Under the pieces are notes generated by a model, which did not search any database, was not told the DNA's origin, and was given only the letters and a program-made list of their open reading frames with translations. DNA of 54,162 nucleotides, filler included, from Catajapyx aquilonaris (lineage: Eukaryota): NCBI GenBank assembly GCA_000934665.2. It is 2 parts of 2 records of this genome, joined end to end, with 100 filler letters (N's around TTAATTAATTAA, not from the genome) between each part and the next. Parts side by side here need not be neighbours in the genome. Positions count along the whole stretch, not along the records: positions 27,163 to 54,162 come from JYFJ02005126.1; 1 more part is not named here. One strand, given 5' to 3'. Positions 48,493 to 54,162 of this stretch are shown here, piece by piece (position 1 is the stretch's first letter; every line of letters begins with the position of its first letter). The translations under genes were made by a program, and so were the position numbers.

Positions 48493-50067
48493 ATACACCG
48501 CTGTTACAACCTCATAAGCATGTTCATGGCTTTCCATGGCCATACACATGTGATTCATACACATTCAGCTATGAACTCGATGGTGTCGCTTTCTCCGGTA
48601 GCCTAATGACCCTGCAAAATACAGTACTACTTTCTGACAGAATTGCCTACTGTGAGAGAGAAACTGTAACAGTGTTGCCACTAATTGTGAGACACTGCAG
48701 AGATGTGCATAGTATAATATAGGCACGAAAACAAAGGCTGCATACAAAGCCTCGTACATCGCACAAAACGCAATTTCTGCGTAGTGGATAGTAGCAGAAA
48801 AGTATAGATGACCACAGGTAGGCCTACTCATTCTCGGAATCTTTCCTATTGTTGTTAACAAATTCTTTAATGACATTTACGATTCATAACTTCGGTCTTT
48901 TGTAGAAAAAGAGGCCTACGTCGCCGAAATAACCCAACAGTGGAGATTACTTTTGAAAAAGAAATTAGTAAATTTTTCGCAACAACGTAACAATAATTTT
49001 AAAATAATGTTCATAATGGGGAAGTAGCCTTCATTTTGGAAACTACATAATAAATTCGCCCATATTTTTTGGTTTTTTTGGCATATTCCGTTTTAAGATC
49101 TCAGTTTCAGTTCCGGAGTAATTGGGGTTTTTATGTAGGGAAATGGTGACGTGACTGTTTCCCTAGAAAATGTTGACGTCACGCGAAGTGAAATGAACGC
49201 AAAAATGGTGTTATAGAACGCGCCCCGTCATTGTTGTAAAATGCTTCGCTGTTGTTAGCAACCGTCCCATCCGTGAGCAAGATAGCGGCCGGGGCGCGTA
49301 TATGGGCGCGTATTTATTCCAGGCCGCTCAAATCGCTTCTGTGCTGACAGTGGTGCCAACTGGTAGGAATTATCTGTCACCCGAATTCGGCACATGAAGG
49401 CCCCCTTTCTCCACCTCGATGGCCTACAGCCGCCTTGCGAATGCTTTCCGTCGTGTCCGCGGTTAATTCAAAGTCAAATTCCTCATATCTCGCAGTCAAC
49501 CAGGCATTTCAGTGTACCCTTTCGATTGGCACCACCCGGCTGCGTCGTTATTCCCGCCAATTTTGAAGGCACTTTTAAATGTTCCGTAATTTATCCAGTA
49601 ATGTCATTTTGATGCAACAGAGTGATGGAATGTATGTTTACAGGCATGGGCTAGCTAGTTATGAACAAAAATCCCAAATCCCAGACCCAGGCTACTTCCC
49701 CATTGGAAAGAGCCTAGTAAAACTGCATTTTAAAATGTGGACGTTTAAATGTGGTCGTAAGTCGTAACCATTTTTCACTATCTATGACGGGAATGTATTA
49801 CCGAATTCCAAAAGTTGGTGAAGTTAGACAGAAATATTTGATAAATAATATATCTGATAAAAGACTCAACTTAGGCACATGATAACCCATAAATTTAGCT
49901 ACAACCGTAAGTAAATCATATGTCGATTGAAACATTTCTTGTAGTACCAGATTTTGTATGTCTATACTATTAAGCAACCTCGCTGCCAAACTAATTTCCT
50001 TCGTCTCTTGGACACTAGCTACAGTATATCCTTGCCTTACAAAAATATCTTACGTGGGGAAACAAAT

Positions 50068-50312
50068 GAGGCGCTTAGAACAAAGTGGCCCAAGTCCATT
50101 TTTGCCACTGCCGAGAAACGACCGCCATCACGCTCAGAAGACTACTCCAAGTTGGATCAAAGTTGGTGTAGGTCATAATTAGGACATTTGGCCAGTAGAT
50201 GGAGTAGTCATATTTATGCTTCAAGGATAATTGCCTCCGCCATGGGGCATTTCAGGTCAATTTTTGTACCATTATCTTTTTGGACTTGGGCCACTTCTGT
50301 TCTAAGCGCCTC
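50068..50312. mobile_element. Sola-type MITE (245 bp)
   Basis: AAAT|GAGGCGCTTAGAACAAAGTGGCCCAAGTCCA...TGGACTTGGGCCACTTCTGTTCTAAGCGCCTC|AAAT; 4-bp AWWT TSD, GAG termini. Confidence 0.82.
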
Positions 50313-50819
50313 AAATAAAAGTCACTTGGTACAAGGTCTGGGCCATGTTTAGATTGTTTAAACTTTAAAGGATGCTCAAAAACATTCCTCTTGAATTTCG
50401 AATTCTGGAGACGGGCGCATGACAGTTTCTGACTGAAAATAGCAGTTCATATAATTATATGGGTATTACTCAAAGTCTATTATTTTTAAGTTGGTCATAT
50501 TTTACCACTAACCACGGTCAGGAACTTTCACTGACTCTGAGTAAAACGTTGCTTGTTTAGAAATTACCAGTAAATATTTTGGTCGGTGACACGACTGACA
50601 CCCTAGGGCCTAGGTAGTGACCAAGAGACGAAGGAATAAGCAATATAGGCATACAAAGTATATGGCCCCTATAGTTGAAAAATGTTTCGATCAACAAGGG
50701 GTTTGTGTATGGTGTTAACTAAAGACGTGTTCCATCATAGATCTATGCTGACTTTGGGAGAAAAATCACGTATTTGAAAACCTTTCACTCCCAAACGTTA
50801 TTCTTGGAGTGTGGTAATA

Positions 50820-51574
50820 CGAAGGTTGAGTCAAAAGTCATGGCGCGTATTTTTTTATTCAAAATTGGTAACACATACAGAGATGACCTTTGCTGAGTTT
50901 TGAAGATCCAGCGATTACAATTTTATCTGGCGTATAGATGTCGCCCATATCGCGTGGGGGTGGGGAAAAAGGGAGAATGTGACCTCCCCACGCACCGCAC
51001 CATCGCCCTAAGACGGCCCGAGCCCGCCGCTCTTGGAGCTGTTGGACGCTGCATGAGGGACACTCGGAGATGGACAACACTGGAGCTTGCTTTCGAGTGT
51101 GGGAAAAGTCAGAGCACTATGCTTAGGACTCTGAAAGACTGAAATGTCGCAGGAAGTTGCCATCCTCACTGATTCCTCGCCATCTCTTTGAGGTGCAAAA
51201 GTGCCGCCATTTTTCCCTCGCCTGGAACTCTATCGCATTGAGGGCGATGGTTTTTTAAAACTGTCTGCGGCGATGGATAACACAAAATGGTGGTCTGACT
51301 TGTCCCATACTCGAAAGCAAGCTCCAGTGTTGTCCATCTCCGAGTGTCCCTCATGCAGCGTCCAACAGCTCCAAGCGCGGCGGGCTCGGGACGTCTTAGG
51401 GCGATGGTGCGGTGGGGGATTAACTTTCCCCCTTTGTTTCCCCACCCCCCTCGCGATATGGGCAACATCTATATTCCAGATAAAATTGTAATCGCCGGAT
51501 ATTCAAAACTCAGCTAAGGTCATCTCTGTATGTGTTACCGTTTTTGAATAAAAAAAATACGCGCCATGACTTTT
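50820..51574. mobile_element. mariner-type long-TIR MITE, family C copy 2
   Basis: TA|CGAAGGTTGAGTCAAAAGTCATGGCGCG...CGCGCCATGACTTTT; homologous to 15551-16327; last ~12 bp missing. Confidence 0.9.
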
Positions 51575-51839
51575 ATATGGGTCATTAGAAATGAAATGTG
51601 CCACATTTTACCTTAATCCATACCGATTTTCATTACATTCGGAGAGTAACAAGATATTTATTCCCTCTTTCTCATAAGAGGACGAAAAGCACACCTTTTG
51701 ATGATTTGGCGTGGAATGACCCGTACCAACATTTTGGTTGCTGGGAAGTGTGGTTACTGCATGGGGCAGCAATATATTAGATTTTGGTGGCATCACGTAC
51801 TTCAATGAAATGATAGTTACATCCCACACGTCCTGTGAT

Positions 51840-52212
51840 TATTTATTTATTTATTTATTTTTTATTTCACTACCCCTTGCTCAGTACATTGCGTCCTGCT
51901 TCGGGGGGTGGCATACCACCATCAGTTTTTCTATATATATTTTCCACTTCATTCACCGGTGCGGTGCAAGGAAACAAGGACAATGGGAAAGGATTGTAAT
52001 TTTTTGGGGAGGGAACATGGGTGCGAGGTGCAATGTCGTAGCTAATGGGTCATGTGCTGTTCCCCAGGAGGTTAGGTTGCCAGACACCTCCTTGGTGCAG
52101 GTCAGAGACCCTCCTGACGCAGGTGAAAGGAAAGTCCCCCAGGCGGGGATCGAACCTGGGGCCTTTCACTCAGCAAGCCGAGACGTTACCATCACGGCCA
52201 CCACACCTCCCC
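51840..52212 (-). mobile_element. tRNA-derived SINE, family D copy 2 with (TAAA)n tail
   Basis: Reverse complement of 27998-28330; TATT repeats at ~51840-51868. Confidence 0.88.
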
Positions 52213-52529
52213 ACACTTGTGATAATAGGGATTGTTAGGAATAAGGGCTTCGTTCCAACAATCGTGAAACTGAGAAAAGCAAATTTCTAGCCCCCGGATC
52301 ACATTCAAATAAAAATATGAAAATATGTGAAATACAGTGACAGCAATTGAGTTTGAGAATCACCAAAACCAAGAATATTGCACCAATATGTAAGAGAAAA
52401 ATTATTCACACAACTCTTCCACTAAACTGGGAATGAGGCCGTTTTTCCTGGAAGCGTTTCTGTTTGCATAATGAAAGGTATTGATTCAGGACCGTATTCA
52501 AGATCATATAGTGCTTTATGATGTTTCTG

Positions 52530-52602
<73 letters not shown>
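52530..52602. repeat. (CAT)n microsatellite
   Basis: About 24 units, read directly. Confidence 0.98.
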
Positions 52603-53400
52603 GACGTCATCCTTGTCCACACTCCCCACCACCAGATCTGTGTAGAACACCACATTACATGAATCCTGCATACTTGATCAACATCAGCAGGTCCCGTTTC
52701 TTGGATACTTTTATCTGTGGTGGATTGTCACAGAGATGGCTGAAGGCAGCTCCTTAGTCTTCCATTTTTGTGGAGTATAGTAGCTCAGCTGAAGTTTTGG
52801 GCACGGACCTTTATTTGCCAAGAGCCCTGGTCTGAGGGAAGGGTGACTGGGATGGGATGATTGTGAAATGTGCGAGTGCAATGTCGTTGCTGTGGTCATT
52901 TTGGGAGCTCCCCCGGGTGGTTCGTCTATCGGAAATCCCACCCTAGACGAAGCGGAGATGACCCCGAACTCCCCACGAGATGAAAGGGAGGAATGCCCGG
53001 GCTTACTTTGTCTTCCATATCAGAGTGTGATGCTGGTTCCAGTAGCTTCTTCGCCTGACGTCGTCGATGGACAGCGGGATAGAGGATATTAGTCCGGAAA
53101 TGTGGGTATCCTGCTAATTCTTTGTGGACAGACTGTTGAAGCTACTCAGGTTTTCTCTGGTTTCTTTGTTGACTTTTGAAAAGCACTGCAGTCTTTGGCA
53201 CGTTGGTCTTTGTGTGGTTACGCATCATGAAGAAGTCAAATATATGGAAAACCATGTGATATAGTCTTACCAGCACTGTACACCATGCAATCAGGCAAGT
53301 CCTTAGTTCGGGTATCGATTTGTCCACGTGGTTAATGTGTATATGAGTATAATCACCCCTCACCATCGTCTACTTGATCTCTTGTAGGTTAGTTTTGCTC
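52603..53400 (-). mobile_element. Possible decayed Vingi/Ingi-like LINE 3' end with (GAT)n tail
   Basis: Minus-strand fragments LLANKGPC...LHK/KWK...LCDNPPQ loosely fit the RxGxGxC...HKW...CxC...QT zinc-knuckle region and are followed by (GAT)n. Confidence 0.35.
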
Positions 53401-53877
53401 CTCGGACGCTTTAGAGGTCTCTTGGACAACTTAATTCGCCCAACCTCTAACTCACCACTGTCATAGTTCGTTGTCGTCCATTATTCAATGGTTGCTACTT
53501 ACAAGGAAAGGTCACGCATTGTACACGGAGTTGATGAATGAAATTTGGCACAATAATATAGGCAGGTAAGTTATTAACCAAAATGCAAACTGTAATTTGA
53601 GAGAAAATAATTTTGTTATTATTTTCCTCCTAACAATTTCAGAAGCAATTTTCTCAAAAATAGCTGCGATCTATCAGTTCTTGTATAGCTTGTTGTAATC
53701 AGAATAATTATCACTTTCAAACTATGTAATAAAATGTCTCCTTTATTAAGTGCGATATCTGAAACTTCGCTCCTAAAGTAAGATGTCCGGGCTGACATCG
53801 AGATGCCATAACTTTTGACTTTCTAGCGCTGGGCCGAAACGCTTTCCATTTTGGCGAATACCTTACTCGCTGCCTCT

Positions 53878-53930
53878 ATTATTAAGATGGCGATTATTAA
53901 GATGGCGTCGGAGCAGGATCAGCCGTAACG
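53878..53930 (+). promoter_or_regulatory. Tandem YY1/Pho-like AAGATGGCG motifs, possible 5' end of a plus-strand gene
   Basis: ATTATTAAGATGGCG x2 (53878-53907); in-frame ATGs give MAIIKMASEQDQP then CC|GTAACG; CpG-rich downstream. Confidence 0.35.
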
Positions 53931-54120
53931 TTCGCTCTTGCAGAAGTCTTGGCGACATTAGACGAGGGACTTGTTTGGTCCTCGTGTCTGTGCTGGTGGC
54001 ACTCCGGTGGCCCCGACGTCCTTTTGGACATCCGTCCCGCCTCGGGGCGCGAGGGGACGGGTTTTTTGTGCCCCTTTTTGGGCCTGGGCCTAGCGTGTTT
54101 TGTTGTTGTTGTGGCAGGGG

Positions 54121-54143
54121 GAGAGAGAGAGAGAGAGAGAGAG
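54121..54143. repeat. (GA)n tract
   Basis: Read directly. Confidence 0.95.
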
Positions 54144-54162
54144 GGTGGAGATAGCAGCTGCG

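Noticed and set aside
51738..52238. Longest ORF in the track (166 aa)
   Set aside because: Antisense read-through of a SINE and its tail.

Overview
Eukaryotic (arthropod, most likely insect) genomic DNA, not a prokaryotic locus. The only clearly intact gene is a minus-strand type I phosphatidylinositol-4-phosphate 5-kinase (PIP5K1; Drosophila PIP5K59B-like). I traced 11 GT-AG exons with consistent phases between about 16945 and 2320. The start exon was not found, and the 3' end may run off the left edge of the window. The rest is dominated by non-autonomous transposons: Tc1/mariner- and pogo-type MITEs with TA TSDs, piggyBac-, PIF/Harbinger- and Sola-type MITEs, and several tRNA-derived SINE families, many with clear TSDs. 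Decayed LINE fragments and microsatellites are also present. Most notable items: (1) an internally deleted Kolobok-like element keeping an open THAP mini-ORF and a convergent KolX-like 'PYQFEP' stub; (2) a ~260-codon single-frame intronless pseudogene of an unidentified protein; (3) a CAAGGG-ended foldback family with TTA target duplications; (4) a modular MITE family with shared inner modules but different outer TIRs; (5) a near-perfect 210-bp foldback element. I found no convincing evidence for a wholly new biological system. Family assignments come from motif recognition only, without database searches.
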